Shown here: in pieces, positions 10,196 to 20,741 of the stretch
Numbering within the stretch: position 1 is the first letter of the stretch
Layout: each line of letters opens with the position of its first letter
DNA from: Alkalispirochaeta sp.
Lineage (GTDB): Bacteria; Spirochaetota; Spirochaetia; DSM-27196; Alkalispirochaetaceae
DNA: 64,000 bases
Assembly: GCA_965242725.1 (NCBI GenBank)
Contig: CBDESZ010000025.1
Span: forward strand, 128,001 to 192,000
Reading direction: 5' to 3'
Notes under the pieces: generated by a model
Databases searched by the model: none
Told to the model about the DNA's origin: nothing
Seen by the model: the letters and a program-made list of their open reading frames with translations, nothing else
Position numbers and translations under genes: made by a program

Positions 10196-10230
10196 GTCAA
10201 CCTGCGGGGTGGTGCAGCCGATGTTCGGCT

Positions 10231-12204
10231 TCAGTCAAAGCACCCCGCCAGGGTGAGACACTCGTCGGGAAGTGCCATTCGAGCCTCGACGAGTGCTTCG
10301 ACCACCCCCGGATCGGCAAGGGTGCTGACGTCACCGACGTCGTCGGGTTTCCGCTCCGCGATCTTTCGCAGGATACGGCGCATAATCTTGCCGGAGCGGG
10401 TCTTCGGGAGCCCCTTGGCGATGAGAATGTGGTCCGGCGCGGCGATCGGGCCGATGCGGTGTCGGACCTCGCCGCGGAGTTCCCCGACGAGTTCCGCATC
10501 CTGTTCCCATCCTTCCGCAAGGACGACGTAGGCAAAGATACCCTGTCCCTTGATTTCATGAGGGAAGGCGACGACGGCGGCCTCCGCACAGGCCGGGTGA
10601 TTCACGAGCGCCGACTCCACCTCGGCGGTTCCCATGCGATGACCGCTCACATTGATGACGTCGTCCACACGGCCGGTTATCCAGTAGTAGCCGTCGGTAT
10701 CCCGTTTGCACCCGTCGCCGGTAAAGTAGTATCCCCGATAGGGTGTGAGATAGGTGGAAAGGAAGCGGGGATGGTCATCCTGTATGGTCCGCACCATCCC
10801 CGGCCACGGCTTTTTGACGGCCAGAAGCCCCGAAATATCGTTGCCCGTTTGTTCATTCCCCTTTTCATCGAGGACAACCGGCTGAATACCGAAAAAGGGA
10901 AGGGTAGCGGATCCCGGTTTGGTCGGCGTTGCGCCGGGGAGGGGAGTGATCATGATTCCTCCCGTCTCCGTCTGCCACCACGTATCGACGATGGCGCACC
11001 GTTCCTCACCCACCACCCGATGATACCATTCCCACGTATCGGGGTTGATCGGTTCTCCGACCGTTCCGAGAATGCGCAGGCTTGAGCGGTCGTACCTGGT
11101 GACCCAGTCGTTTCCCTCCCTCGCGACGGCGCGGAGAGCCGTCGGCGCGGTGTAGAACTGGGTGATCCTGTGGCGCTCGACCATGTCCCAGTAGCGGCCG
11201 GGATCGGGATAGACCGGCGTCGACTCAAACATGAAGGTTGTCGCTCCGTTCACGAGGGGGCCGTATACGATATAACTGTGACCGGTGATCCACCCCACGT
11301 CGGCGACACATGCGTAGATGTCCCCTTCCCGATAGTCAAAGACGTAACGGTGGGTGAGGGCGGTATAGAGAAGGTAGCCCGCCGTCGAGTGGGCGATTCC
11401 TTTCGGCTTGCCCGTGCTGCCCGATGTATAGAGCAGAAAAAGGAGGTCCTCCGCGTCCATCGGTTCCACGGGGCAATACGGACGCTGTTGTGCCATCGCC
11501 TCGTCAAGGTCGACATCCCGGGGCGGAAAAAACGGCACCTTCACACCGGTGCGCTTTGTGACGAAGACGTTCCGTACCGTCGGGGTGGCCATGACCGCTT
11601 CGTCAACCGTGCGCTTGAGGGGTATGACCTTGCCGCCGCGTAGCCCCTGGTCGGCGGTTATCACCGCGACGGCGTCGGCGTCAAGAATCCGGTCACGGAG
11701 GGCGTCGGCGCTGAAACCGGCAAAGACGACGGTGTGGACGGCGCCGATCCTGGCACAGGCGAGCATCGCCATCGCCGCCTCGGGAATCATGGGCAGATAG
11801 ATTGCGACGCGGTCACCCTTGCGTACGCCGTACCTGCGCAGCACATTGGCCATGCGGGAGACGTCGTCCCGAAGCTGCCGATAGGTAATTGAACGTACCT
11901 CCTCCGGCTTGTCCCCTTCCCAGAGAATGGCGGTCTGGTCTCCCCGCGTTCCGAGGTGACGGTCAATGCAGTTATAGGCGGCATTGAGCCGTCCGCCGAG
12001 AAACCAGGCGATCGTTCCGTCGGCCATGCTGCTGTCCGAGACGGTGTGGAAGTCGCGCTCCCAGGTGAGCACCTCCCGGGCCTGCTCCGCCCAGAATGTA
12101 TCGGGATCCTCGACGCTCTTCCGGTACAGCTTCTCATAGCTCTCCAGATCCGGTATATGCGCCGACGTGTTCCAGGGAAAATCGGGCTTGTAGCTCTCGT
12201 TCAT
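10231..12204 (-). CDS. acs: Acetyl-CoA synthetase (AMP-forming)
   Basis: [33 protein letters not shown] and [12 protein letters not shown] motifs; GGAGG SD. Confidence 0.97.
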   Translation of the reverse strand: MNESYKPDFPWNTSAHIPDLESYEKLYRKSVEDPDTFWAEQAREVLTWERDFHTVSDSSMADGTIAWFLGGRLNAAYNCIDRHLGTRGDQTAILWEGDKPEEVRSITYRQLRDDVSRMANVLRRYGVRKGDRVAIYLPMIPEAAMAMLACARIGAVHTVVFAGFSADALRDRILDADAVAVITADQGLRGGKVIPLKRTVDEAVMATPTVRNVFVTKRTGVKVPFFPPRDVDLDEAMAQQRPYCPVEPMDAEDLLFLLYTSGSTGKPKGIAHSTAGYLLYTALTHRYVFDYREGDIYACVADVGWITGHSYIVYGPLVNGATTFMFESTPVYPDPGRYWDMVERHRITQFYTAPTALRAVAREGNDWVTRYDRSSLRILGTVGEPINPDTWEWYHRVVGEERCAIVDTWWQTETGGIMITPLPGATPTKPGSATLPFFGIQPVVLDEKGNEQTGNDISGLLAVKKPWPGMVRTIQDDHPRFLSTYLTPYRGYYFTGDGCKRDTDGYYWITGRVDDVINVSGHRMGTAEVESALVNHPACAEAAVVAFPHEIKGQGIFAYVVLAEGWEQDAELVGELRGEVRHRIGPIAAPDHILIAKGLPKTRSGKIMRRILRKIAERKPDDVGDVSTLADPGVVEALVEARMALPDECLTLAGCFD

Positions 12205-12255
12205 GCGGTCCTCCTCGCGTATCGCTCCGCCGTAAATCGGTCGTCGGCCGTTTGT

Positions 12256-12284
12256 ATTGTCGTATAGGTTAGTTAATCAGTCAA
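12256..12284 (-). promoter_or_regulatory. sigma70-type promoter for acs
   Basis: Minus strand TTGACT-17 nt-GACAAT, about 50 nt upstream of the acs start. Confidence 0.5.
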
Positions 12285-12320
12285 CTTTTAATCCCGCCTC
12301 CGGTGAAGTACCATGGGAGA

Positions 12321-12854
12321 ATGGATATACATGACGTTGTGCGTTTGCGAAAAAGCGTCCGGTCCTGGGAGAACCGGGAGGTGGACGAGGAGACGATCAG
12401 GCGCATTCTGGACTCCGCCCGTCTTGCCCCTTCCGCCAAAAATGGTCAGGAATGGCATGTCGTCGTCGTACGCGACGGAGAACGGCGACGGCAACTGGGG
12501 GTTGAATGTGCAAATCAGCGCTTTGTGGGCGAGGCTCCCGCGGTTCTCGTGGTGTGCGGGGATGCTTCGATGGGGACGATGCGGTGCGGACAGCCGCGCA
12601 TGCCTGTGGACGTGGCGATCCTCATCGACCACATCACCCTCATCGCGGCGGCGGAAGGCATAGGAAGCTGCTGGATCGGTTCCTTCGATCCCGTCCTGGC
12701 GGGGCGGATCGCGGGTGTTCCCGAGGGGTGGGAGGTTGTACAGCTTCTGCCTATAGGGTATCCCGCGGCGGGCGAGACCGGGGAGAAACGGAAGCGGCGT
12801 AAATCACTTGACGAGATCGTCAGCTGGGAACGATGGGGAGGCGCGTCGCGATAA
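12321..12854 (+). CDS. Nitroreductase family protein
   Basis: RKSVRSW, LAPSAKNGQEW, GIGSCWIG and LPIGYP motifs; ATG at 12321 preferred. Confidence 0.9.
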   Translation: MDIHDVVRLRKSVRSWENREVDEETIRRILDSARLAPSAKNGQEWHVVVVRDGERRRQLGVECANQRFVGEAPAVLVVCGDASMGTMRCGQPRMPVDVAILIDHITLIAAAEGIGSCWIGSFDPVLAGRIAGVPEGWEVVQLLPIGYPAAGETGEKRKRRKSLDEIVSWERWGGASR

Positions 12855-12879
12855 GAGACGGCTCGGGAACGGGGAGGTC

Positions 12880-13395
12880 TCATTTTCCCGGCGGTGATTT
12901 CTTCCCCGACAGCTCATCGATATACAGGGCAAATACGGCGACCGCCGCGACCATGCCGTCCGGGTACACCCAGTCCGTCCGCTCCGAGTAGTGCGCCATG
13001 ATCGCGTCGAGGCCCTCCCGTTTTTCATCGGGATCGGTCAGGATGGCGATCCGTCCCGCACCGACGACGCTGCGATAGTGCATGGTAAATCGATTGGCTT
13101 CCGCGGCGGTGATGAGTTTGTGGTCGGTGTCTATTGAGAATCCCCCGTGGGGATTGCGGCGTATGAGCTCGATCTTGCGCCCGGCGGAGGCACCGTGGAA
13201 AAAGAGGGTGCCGAGCTCTTCCCGACCGGCGCCCGGTGCGACCCCGCGGGTTCGTCTATACCCGAAATTCAGGGGGATGACGTACGGGTAGGGATCGTCG
13301 TGAAGGGCGAGATGACAGACGGGGGCCGTCTTCAGGATCGATTCGATTTCTTCCTCGGACGTTATGAGCTTGTCCTGCCGGCGCATGGGGTGCAT
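12880..13395 (-). CDS. Pyridoxamine 5'-phosphate oxidase-like flavin-binding protein (NimA-like)
   Basis: MRRQDK, PYVIPLNFGY, FHGASAGRK and YRSVVG motifs; start 13395 has TATGAT 6 nt upstream. Confidence 0.85.
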   Translation of the reverse strand: MHPMRRQDKLITSEEEIESILKTAPVCHLALHDDPYPYVIPLNFGYRRTRGVAPGAGREELGTLFFHGASAGRKIELIRRNPHGGFSIDTDHKLITAAEANRFTMHYRSVVGAGRIAILTDPDEKREGLDAIMAHYSERTDWVYPDGMVAAVAVFALYIDELSGKKSPPGK

Positions 13396-13447
13396 GGAGC
13401 TATCATAGGGGGACCGGACCGTTATTGGAAGCACCTATTGGAGGCAC

Positions 13448-14473
13448 CTACCGGAAGCGCTCCTCCATCCACCGCAACGCGATCTGCTCCTGCTCGTCCC
13501 ACTGGGCGTCTGAGTAGTTGAGAAAGGCGTGGTCACCACCTGGCCATATGTGGAGTTCCGCGTCTCCGCCGGCGTCGTTCAGCGCGGCGGCGTACCGGAT
13601 GGACTGGTCGACGTCCACCGTCCGATCAGCGTCGCCGTGGTAGAGCAGGACCGGCGGCATGTGCGGAGAGACGCGTTGAATGGGGCTGAGCTTCTTCAGT
13701 CTGCGTCGCGGAAAGAGCCGAAAACTGCCTGAGTTTTCAAAGGCGTCGCCCTCCCGCATGGCGACAAGGTCGGTGGGAGCGCACTCGGCAAGGACAAAGG
13801 CGGGGCGGGTCCTCGAGGAGTCGGTGAAGCCGTTGGGAAGGGAGGAAAATTCTTTGCCCGGGGACGCCGCCGTCATGAGGGCGACATGTCCTCCCGACGA
13901 GATGCCGTAGAGACCGATCCGGCTGCTGTCCCAGCCGTACAGGTCGGCGTTTTCCACAACCCACCCGTAGGCGCTGCGGGCGAGTCCGACGGGACCGCCT
14001 ATTCCCCTGAGGAGGGAGGTTGTGTAATTGACTGATACCACATACCACCCCCTGCTGCGCATGCGCCGAAGGAAGCGGTCGATGACGCGAATGGTGATCT
14101 TGTCGCCCCTCAGCCACGACCCGCCGTGGTAAAAGACGATGACCGGTGCGGCGGCGCGAAACGCGGCCGACACGTCGGGGGGTGCATTGCCGGTGGGAGA
14201 ATCGTCGGCGGGAGAGGCGTCGGCGGGAGAGGCGGCGCTGCCGTCAAGGGGACCGTAGATGTCCAGTCTGTACCTCCGCAGCAGGTCCGAGTGGTATTCG
14301 ACATCGTACAGGACCGGCTCCGCCGGTGCGGGCTGGTTGCGGGAATAGGCGATAAGGCGCGTGATCGTCTCAGGCGGGGGAAGGAAGAACCGTTGCGTCA
14401 GGGGAAGGGCGATCGCCCCGTACAGGGTAAAGGGTATCGCAAAGAGCAGGGGAAGGAGCGAACGGCCCATCAT
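13448..14473 (-). CDS. alpha/beta hydrolase (HSL-like esterase/lipase) with N-terminal anchor
   Basis: HGGSW, GISSGGH, HGDADRTV and GGDHAF motifs. Confidence 0.85.
   Translation of the reverse strand: MMGRSLLPLLFAIPFTLYGAIALPLTQRFFLPPPETITRLIAYSRNQPAPAEPVLYDVEYHSDLLRRYRLDIYGPLDGSAASPADASPADDSPTGNAPPDVSAAFRAAAPVIVFYHGGSWLRGDKITIRVIDRFLRRMRSRGWYVVSVNYTTSLLRGIGGPVGLARSAYGWVVENADLYGWDSSRIGLYGISSGGHVALMTAASPGKEFSSLPNGFTDSSRTRPAFVLAECAPTDLVAMREGDAFENSGSFRLFPRRRLKKLSPIQRVSPHMPPVLLYHGDADRTVDVDQSIRYAAALNDAGGDAELHIWPGGDHAFLNYSDAQWDEQEQIALRWMEERFR
14189..14233. repeat. In-frame 15-bp tandem repeat (2 perfect copies + 1 degenerate)
   Basis: GTCGGCGGGAGAGGC at 14204-14218 and 14219-14233, degenerate copy at 14189-14203; encodes ASPAD-ASPAD-DSPTG. 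Confidence 0.85.
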
Positions 14474-14492
14474 CGCGGATCTTTCTCCCCGT

Positions 14493-15812
14493 TCATTCCC
14501 GGGGCGGAAGGGAAAATGCCCTTTCCAGATCCCGTATGTCGTCGTCGCCGATGGCCACGACCGGACCGAGTGCCTTTGCCATCAGGATCGATTCCGCTGT
14601 GTATTCGGCGACCTCCAGCCGATCAAATGCCTGGAGGAGGGAGCTTCCGGTGACGATCAACGCCTCATTGCGAATGATGACGTTGGGTGTTGCCGGCCCG
14701 ATCGCCGCAACGACGGCGTTGTAGTCCCGATATGAGATGCCGTAGGGCAGCTGCTCGATATCCCTGAGTAATATGTAGCTCTCCGGAATGACCCTGGAGT
14801 CAAAAGGCTCATGGGTGACGGCAAATGCCATCATCGCCGGCGGATGGGCGACGATAATCGCGTTCAGATCGGGGTGTGCCGCGTACAGGGCGCTGTGCAG
14901 GCGGGCGGATCGGCTTGCCGGTCTTCCTTCCTCGGCGCGATCACCGCGGACAAGGACCATGTCCGCCGGTTCCAGAAGTTTCCGGTCGTACCCGTAGGGG
15001 GTGATGAGAAAGGAGTCGCCGTCGATGCGAGCCGATACGGTTCCTTCCGTACTCGTCATGAGAAGCTGCTCGTACGACCGGTGTACGATGTCCGTGATCT
15101 CCCGGCGAAGTTCCTTTTCTTTTGTCGAATGTTCGGTGTGGGAAAAGGTCTCGATCACCGGTGCCTTTGTGTGGACTTCGGCAATTTCTTCATCGGAGAG
15201 GAGGGTTATCTCGCCGAGTCGCGACGCCCGTACCTCCAGGCGCGCGCAGAAGTCGAGTGTCTCAAAGCGCATGAAGGCCTCAAAAATGTCCGCCCCCGCC
15301 GTCACGGTGCCGTGGTTTTCAAGGAGGACCACGTCTGATCCTGCGGCAAACTGATCGGCGATCTTTCTGCCCAGCTCTTCACTTCCCGGAGCGGCGTAGG
15401 GTACCACGGGACAGTCGCCGCAAATGAGGTGTGCATTGGGTACGACCCGGGTCTGCACCGGCTGCCGTACCGCGGAAAAACTGACCAGGGTGGGTGGATG
15501 GGCGTGGACGATCGCTCTGATGTCGGGTCTCGCCGCGTATATCGCCCGGTGAAAGGGGTATTCCGATGACGGTTTGTGGCGTCCCTCCGTCGTGCCGTCG
15601 GGAAGAACCTTTACGATATCCTCCCGTCCGAGGGACCCCTTGTCCACGCCGCCCGGGGTGATCCACATCGCTCCCTCTTCATCGAGGAGGCTCAGATTGC
15701 CGCCGGACGTCGTGGTCATGCCGAACCGGTAAACCCGGTCCATCATCGCCACCAGGAGGTCCCGCGGGTGGGCTATGCGATGTTTGATTCCCACCCGTCG
15801 ATCGTTACCCAT
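14493..15812 (-). CDS. Class II aldolase/adducin family protein with two tandem domains
   Basis: TSGGNLS, KPSSEYPFH, VHAHP and LENHG in domain 1; degenerate TEGTVSAR and IVAHP in domain 2; start at 15812 overlaps the upstream stop. Confidence 0.88.
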   Translation of the reverse strand: MGNDRRVGIKHRIAHPRDLLVAMMDRVYRFGMTTTSGGNLSLLDEEGAMWITPGGVDKGSLGREDIVKVLPDGTTEGRHKPSSEYPFHRAIYAARPDIRAIVHAHPPTLVSFSAVRQPVQTRVVPNAHLICGDCPVVPYAAPGSEELGRKIADQFAAGSDVVLLENHGTVTAGADIFEAFMRFETLDFCARLEVRASRLGEITLLSDEEIAEVHTKAPVIETFSHTEHSTKEKELRREITDIVHRSYEQLLMTSTEGTVSARIDGDSFLITPYGYDRKLLEPADMVLVRGDRAEEGRPASRSARLHSALYAAHPDLNAIIVAHPPAMMAFAVTHEPFDSRVIPESYILLRDIEQLPYGISYRDYNAVVAAIGPATPNVIIRNEALIVTGSSLLQAFDRLEVAEYTAESILMAKALGPVVAIGDDDIRDLERAFSLPPRE

Positions 15813-16290
15813 CGATTGCGTCTCCGCCGTCGATATAACGTTCAAGAACGGTCGTGACCAGCTCGTGGTCCTCTTCCTGGGTGAGTCCCGAAACGGTGAC
15901 CGTACCGATGACGCCCCCCTTCTGCAGCCTGATGGGGAATGATCCCCCGTGGGGACTGAATTCAAATGAACTGACAAAGAACCGCTCTTCTATGTTCATT
16001 TTTTTCGCCGCAAGCTCCCGTCCCACCAGAAAAGAGCTTTTCTGGAAACGCTGAACCACCGCGATTTTTCGTTCGATCCAGCGGTCGTTGTCGGGAGCGG
16101 TTCCCTCCATTGCGCAGTGGAAGAGGAGCTGACCCCAGGCGCGGATATCGATCGTCACGCCCACGTTGCGCCGCCGCGCCTCCTCCCGCAACGCCGTACC
16201 GATTGTGTAGGCGAGGTCATGGGTGAAGTCCGGAAAGCGGATGCGCTCTTCCTGCTCCAGGGTCTTTGCTATGTCTTCTTTGATAGTCAT
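15805..16290 (-). CDS. UPF0303 / heme-degrading-like (GlcG/HbpS fold) protein
   Basis: QEERIRFPDF, DNDRWIERK, HGGSFPI and VSGLTQEEDH motifs; start 16290 has TACAAT 6 nt upstream. Confidence 0.85.
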   Translation of the reverse strand: MTIKEDIAKTLEQEERIRFPDFTHDLAYTIGTALREEARRRNVGVTIDIRAWGQLLFHCAMEGTAPDNDRWIERKIAVVQRFQKSSFLVGRELAAKKMNIEERFFVSSFEFSPHGGSFPIRLQKGGVIGTVTVSGLTQEEDHELVTTVLERYIDGGDAIDG

Positions 16291-16354
16291 GGTCTCATTG
16301 TAAACCATGACCGCCGTTTTGAAATGCCCCTCCCAGGGGCTCGCAGGTGCGCGC

Positions 16355-16825
16355 TCAGGAGGCGCAGCTGCACGTCCCGCCGCATCCGCAGGAATGTCCC
16401 GCCCGGGGATCTTCAAGAGAGATGTCGGTAATGGTCAGGTCAAAATGAAGGGGGACACCCGCGAGGGGATGGTTGCCGTCAAGGACGATTTCGTCCTCGG
16501 TGACCTCGGTGATGATCAGTATCGTATCGCCCACGCTCACTCTGAGTCCCGGCTCGGGATCCCGTCCGAGGGGCAGGGCGTCTTTTGCGATACGTCGTAC
16601 CTTTCCCTCATCCCTGGCCCCGTATCCCTCGTCGGGATCAACGACAAAGGTGAGGTGGTCCCCCGTGGCGGCTCCCTCGGTGTGGGTATCCAGCCCGTCC
16701 ACGACGTCTCCGTAACCGTGCCGAAAGGTAAAGGGTCCGCTGTAATCGCTGCTGCCGAGAAGCGTGCCGTCGGGAGCGGTGAATGTATATTCAATCGTGA
16801 CAAATGTGTCTTTCGTTACCGTCAT
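16355..16825 (-). CDS. slyD: FKBP-type peptidyl-prolyl isomerase SlyD
   Basis: VTIEYT, EGYG and DGNHPLAG motifs; Cys/His tail HSCGCGGTCSC. Confidence 0.88.
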   Translation of the reverse strand: MTVTKDTFVTIEYTFTAPDGTLLGSSDYSGPFTFRHGYGDVVDGLDTHTEGAATGDHLTFVVDPDEGYGARDEGKVRRIAKDALPLGRDPEPGLRVSVGDTILIITEVTEDEIVLDGNHPLAGVPLHFDLTITDISLEDPRAGHSCGCGGTCSCAS

Positions 16826-16909
16826 ATGCTGATTAAATTAATCGTATATTACAGAAAGTGCAAGAGCGCAGCGATTGACAACGCCACCGGAATGGACTAC
16901 GCCTTGGGT

Positions 16910-17509
16910 ATGAAACGCACATGTATTTGGCTGGTGGTTCTTCTCACGTTGGGAACGACGGTCTGGGCGCAGCTCGGCACAACTCCCTCGGGATTCTCCC
17001 CTCACGAAAGTGTCGATCTGGAATTGTCGATCTTCTATCCCGACGGCTGGTATGTATCGGATCAGGAGGGCGGTCTTGCGGTGGTCAACCGGGAGGGGTT
17101 GCTTGATGACGTCGATTCTGAAATGCCGACCCTGCAACCGGGTGATACGGCGCTCTTTCTTGGAGTCATGCCGACCTTCTTTATGACGATGATGGGGATT
17201 CCCGTCGACGACATATCATCAATTCTCGACGGACTCTTTGACAACATCGTTTCCACCAATGACGGTGTTCTTGAGAACAGTCAAAAGGAGGTGTTGAACA
17301 TCGACGGACGCCGGGTCGCGACGGTAACCTTTGACGACTCCTCCCAGGACGCGTCGGGCATTTTCTTTGTTGCCCATGAACAGGACGAAGTCATTATCTT
17401 TGCCGTCGGGTACGGGTTCCGAACGAGTCTCGATCGCAACCGTTCGACTCTCGGACAGATCGTCGCGAGCGCCGAGTTTACCGGCGATTTCGAGGAGATG
17501 ATGCAGTAG
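16910..17509 (+). CDS. Hypothetical secreted acidic protein
   Basis: Signal peptide MKRTCIWLVVLLTLGTTVWA; TTGACA upstream; the 5' extension in the ORF track is antisense to slyD. Confidence 0.7.
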   Translation: MKRTCIWLVVLLTLGTTVWAQLGTTPSGFSPHESVDLELSIFYPDGWYVSDQEGGLAVVNREGLLDDVDSEMPTLQPGDTALFLGVMPTFFMTMMGIPVDDISSILDGLFDNIVSTNDGVLENSQKEVLNIDGRRVATVTFDDSSQDASGIFFVAHEQDEVIIFAVGYGFRTSLDRNRSTLGQIVASAEFTGDFEEMMQ

Positions 17510-17870
17510 GGCGGTAATAACTCTTCGGGGCGTCCACCGACGCCCCTTCAAGGGTGCGAACCACCGTCCGTACCGCCGCCTCATAGTAGGGCGGGGCGAC
17601 ACGGCTGCGGCGCTGGCGCCGCAGTTCTTCCGAGACGCGGCCCCCTTTTGCGCCTCCCAGGAGTGAAAGGAGATGGATTTGTTCAAACTCCGACATGTAG
17701 AGAAGGCTCATGGCGATCTCCTTGTCGCCCAGGCGGAGGAGACGGTTCTGAGCGTCTACGGGGGGAATCTTTCCAAGAAGTTCTATGATTTTACGGTGGG
17801 GTGCGGGTTTTCGCCGAATCGAAGGACCCCCTCGGGCGGATTGCCGCGATTTCCATTTCCCGTCGGACAT
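17478..17870 (-). CDS. Small protein with FliG C-terminal-like helices
   Basis: LLRLGDKEIAMSLLYMSEFEQIHLLSLL..K..RVSEEL resembles the FliG_C pattern; TACCAT 6 nt upstream of ATG. Confidence 0.55.
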   Translation of the reverse strand: MSDGKWKSRQSARGGPSIRRKPAPHRKIIELLGKIPPVDAQNRLLRLGDKEIAMSLLYMSEFEQIHLLSLLGGAKGGRVSEELRRQRRSRVAPPYYEAAVRTVVRTLEGASVDAPKSYYRPTASSPRNRR

Positions 17871-17890
17871 GAAACAATGGTACTCCAATT

Positions 17891-18121
17891 ATGAATCCAC
17901 GACTACCGATATTGCTCAGACACAAGTACGGTCTCGTCCACGTGCCAAGCGAGAAGCGCTGTATCCGATGGCGTGACACCTGTCGTTCAGAGATCGACAC
18001 CGGCGTTCCGCCCGAGGCGGCCGGCCTTGCCGCAGCCCGGGGAGTTTTTCCCTATGAAGCAAAGGGGCGGGTAGCTCCCGACGGTGCGCCGGTGTCCGAG
18101 CTGCTTGGGATGTGGGAATAG
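17891..18121 (+). CDS. Hypothetical 76-aa protein
   Basis: Fills an otherwise empty gap between two genes; no recognisable motif. Confidence 0.4.
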   Translation: MNPRLPILLRHKYGLVHVPSEKRCIRWRDTCRSEIDTGVPPEAAGLAAARGVFPYEAKGRVAPDGAPVSELLGMWE

Positions 18122-18179
18122 GACCGGTTCCAAAGGACCGGGTTCAGCCGGTCGTGATCAGCCGGCAGGAGTTGCGGCG

Positions 18180-19623
18180 TCAGAATCGTTCCCGTTCCCG
18201 TTCCGGGAGAGGAGGAACGTCGGTGCTCTCATATCCAGGTACCGGCTCGTACCGCTCCTCAAGGGTTGTTGACCCGATGAGGTCGTTCACCCACACCCCT
18301 GAACGTATGCGACGCCACCCGATGATGACTCGGGTTACTTCCTCAGTGTTGAGCGCCAGATAGACAAGCGGCGCCGGGACCTCCAGGACGAGTCCGGCTA
18401 TGAACGCCGCAGGCACCCCGATGAGCCACAGCGGCAGAATGTCGATCGCCAGGGCGTACTTCGTGTCGCCGCCCCCGCGCAGGATGCCCACGATTATATG
18501 CATGTTTGTCGCCTTGGCGACGATGAGGACGGCAAACATTCTCATGAACTGTCGCACCAGCGTGCGTACTTCCGGACTGACCGAGAAGAGCAGCGGTACG
18601 AGAGGCGCAACGATAAAAAAGACGACAATGCCGACCACCGCCGATACGAGCGGCGCCAGGGAGAGGATCGTATTGCCCGTCCGCTCCGCCCGGCCAAGTT
18701 CTCCCGCGCCGATCATGTTTCCGATGAGCACCGCCGTGGCGTTGCCGGTTCCCATGAAAAAGACGAGCATGAGCCGTCCGACGGTGTCCGAAATGTTGTA
18801 CGCCGCCAGAATTGGTGTACCCATGCGGGCAAAGACGACTGTGTACATGACAAATCCGGTGGACCAGAATATTTCATTGAGAATAACCGGTGTCGCCCGA
18901 TGAAAATAGGAGGCGATGAAGGGCCGATCGATGAGGCGAAGATCCTCCCGTTTGACGGCGGTGGGGCCGTTGCGGCGATAGACGATGAAGAGAATGAGAA
19001 GGAGCTCGAGCAGGCGTGCGACGGCCGTTGAAATCGCGGCGCCCCGTACGCCCAGCGCGGGAAATCCGAACTTCCCGAAGATGAGTGTGTAATTGCCGAC
19101 GATGTTGAGGGCTATTGAGACGGCGGTGGCGTACATCGGAAGCTTTGTGTCGCCGATGCTCCGCAGGCCATGGGCAAAACTTATGCTTACGGCGGTAAAG
19201 AGGTAGCTCAGCGCGACGATGCGCAGATATCCGATCCCTTCCGATATGACGGCGGGGGTCCCTGGTGAAGAAGCCGAGGAGCGTCGCCGGAAAGGCTTCC
19301 GCAAGGAAGGTGAAGACGGCGGCACCGCATATACCGACGATCAGCGCCATGGCAACGGACTTGCGGACGCCGTGGACGTCCCTCCGTCCCCAGAACTGGG
19401 AGGAGAAGACGGCGCCGCCGCTTCCTACTCCAAAGAGGAAGAGCATGAGAAGGAAGAAGATCTGATTGCCCAGGGCGATCGCCCCGATCTGCACCTCCCC
19501 GAGCTGACCGACCATGACGGTGTCCACGAGATTGAGAACGGTCATCATGAGCGCCTGCAGCGCGATGGGAAGTGCAAGTTTTACGAGACGTGGTAAAAAC
19601 TGGAGAGATTCACCTCTGAACAT
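18180..19623 (-). pseudogene. MATE family efflux transporter with a +1 frameshift at ~19254-19258
   Basis: The N-part (LALPIALQ..NLVDTVMVGQLG) and C-part (RSIGDTK, FGKFGFPALGVRGAAIST, LRGGGDT) are in different frames. Removing one base from the G5 run gives FTRDPAVISEG. May be a sequencing error. Confidence 0.85.
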
Positions 19624-19748
19624 TGGCCGTACAGGGTACCGTTCCGGCGGCGGCGTGGCAAGCTGCAGAGAGCTGTTGACATACCCGCTGTCGGCGGCCA
19701 GAGTGACGACACGCATCTGAACAATTCCGATCACAAGGAGACCGTTGT

Positions 19749-20741
19749 ATGAAGCAAACCACGCCCTATTCCGATTATGCCCTGTGCCGCGAAATGATGG
19801 AGACGCCGTCGGTCATCCGGAATTTTGACGCCCCGACGGCCGCCGCGATTCCGGTTACGTCGGATCACGTCTTCCTGTCCGGAGAGGGGTCAAGCCGCAT
19901 CTTTCCCGCCAAGCGACTCATCAGTCGAGCCCTCGGGGAAGGATGGAAGGAACACTTCCTGACCGAGGGAGCGAGCCAGGCGGCGGAATACGCCCTCAAT
20001 GGATACCACCTCTTCATTGCTTCCAACTCCGGCAAGACCGCGGAAGGGGTCCACCTCCTTAATAAAAGCACCCGAAAGGGCGCCACCGGCGTGGCGGCCC
20101 ACGACGGCACACCGATCGTCACCAAGGCGGACAGCAGGTTCATTCTGACATGCGGCGCGGAGAACGCCGTTGCGGCGACCAAGTCGGTGGTGGAACAGGC
20201 GCTTGTGTATGAGGTGCTCTTCGGAAGTCGCAACGCCGCCCCGTTCGTCGATCTCGGCGCTCTTGCCGATGCTTTCGACCGGGCGCTCCACAGTGAGATT
20301 CCCGATGCGATTGTCCGGGCCGCCGTCGAGGCGCCGGTGATCTACTTTGCCGGCCGAAACGACGGAGTTGCCGAGGAGTTGACCCTCAAGACAAATGAGA
20401 TAACCCGCAAGCGGTCGGACTATCTCGAAGGGACGTACGCCGTCCATGGAATAGAAGAGGTGATGCAACGGGATGAGCTGGTCGTCCTTATCGATCCCTT
20501 TCCCGAGCAGGAGAAGAAGTTCAAGGAGGTTCTTTCCGACGGCGTCGGCATGACCGTTGTCGCCGTTGCGGACCGGGAGACCATATTCCCCACCATTCGC
20601 ATCCCCTCCCTGAAGGGCTTCGGCCCCTACATCCAGCTTTCCGTCGGGTGGAACCTCCTTGTGGAGATCGGCCTCGCCGCGGGGGTCAATCTGGACAAAC
20701 CGCAGCGGGCACGAAAGGTAGGGAACGAGTTTACCGGATGA
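19749..20741 (+). CDS. SIS-domain sugar-phosphate isomerase (GlmS isomerase-like, no glutaminase domain)
   Basis: GEGSS, ASNSGKTAE, ENAVAATKS, LKTNE and NLDKPQRARKV motifs; AAGGAG SD. Confidence 0.8.
   Translation: MKQTTPYSDYALCREMMETPSVIRNFDAPTAAAIPVTSDHVFLSGEGSSRIFPAKRLISRALGEGWKEHFLTEGASQAAEYALNGYHLFIASNSGKTAEGVHLLNKSTRKGATGVAAHDGTPIVTKADSRFILTCGAENAVAATKSVVEQALVYEVLFGSRNAAPFVDLGALADAFDRALHSEIPDAIVRAAVEAPVIYFAGRNDGVAEELTLKTNEITRKRSDYLEGTYAVHGIEEVMQRDELVVLIDPFPEQEKKFKEVLSDGVGMTVVAVADRETIFPTIRIPSLKGFGPYIQLSVGWNLLVEIGLAAGVNLDKPQRARKVGNEFTG

Noticed and set aside
14189..14233. 15-bp tandem repeat as a CRISPR or contingency locus
   Set aside because: Only 2-3 adjacent copies, no spacers, in frame within a low-complexity linker; no cas genes in the window.
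16307..16909. 400-aa ORF 16307..17509 as a single long protein
   Set aside because: The first half is the antisense of slyD; a signal peptide and TTGACA support the real start at 16910.
19624..19748. glmS ribozyme upstream of the SIS-domain gene
   Set aside because: The region is short, shared with a divergent promoter, and shows no recognisable ribozyme core; the protein lacks the glutaminase domain.
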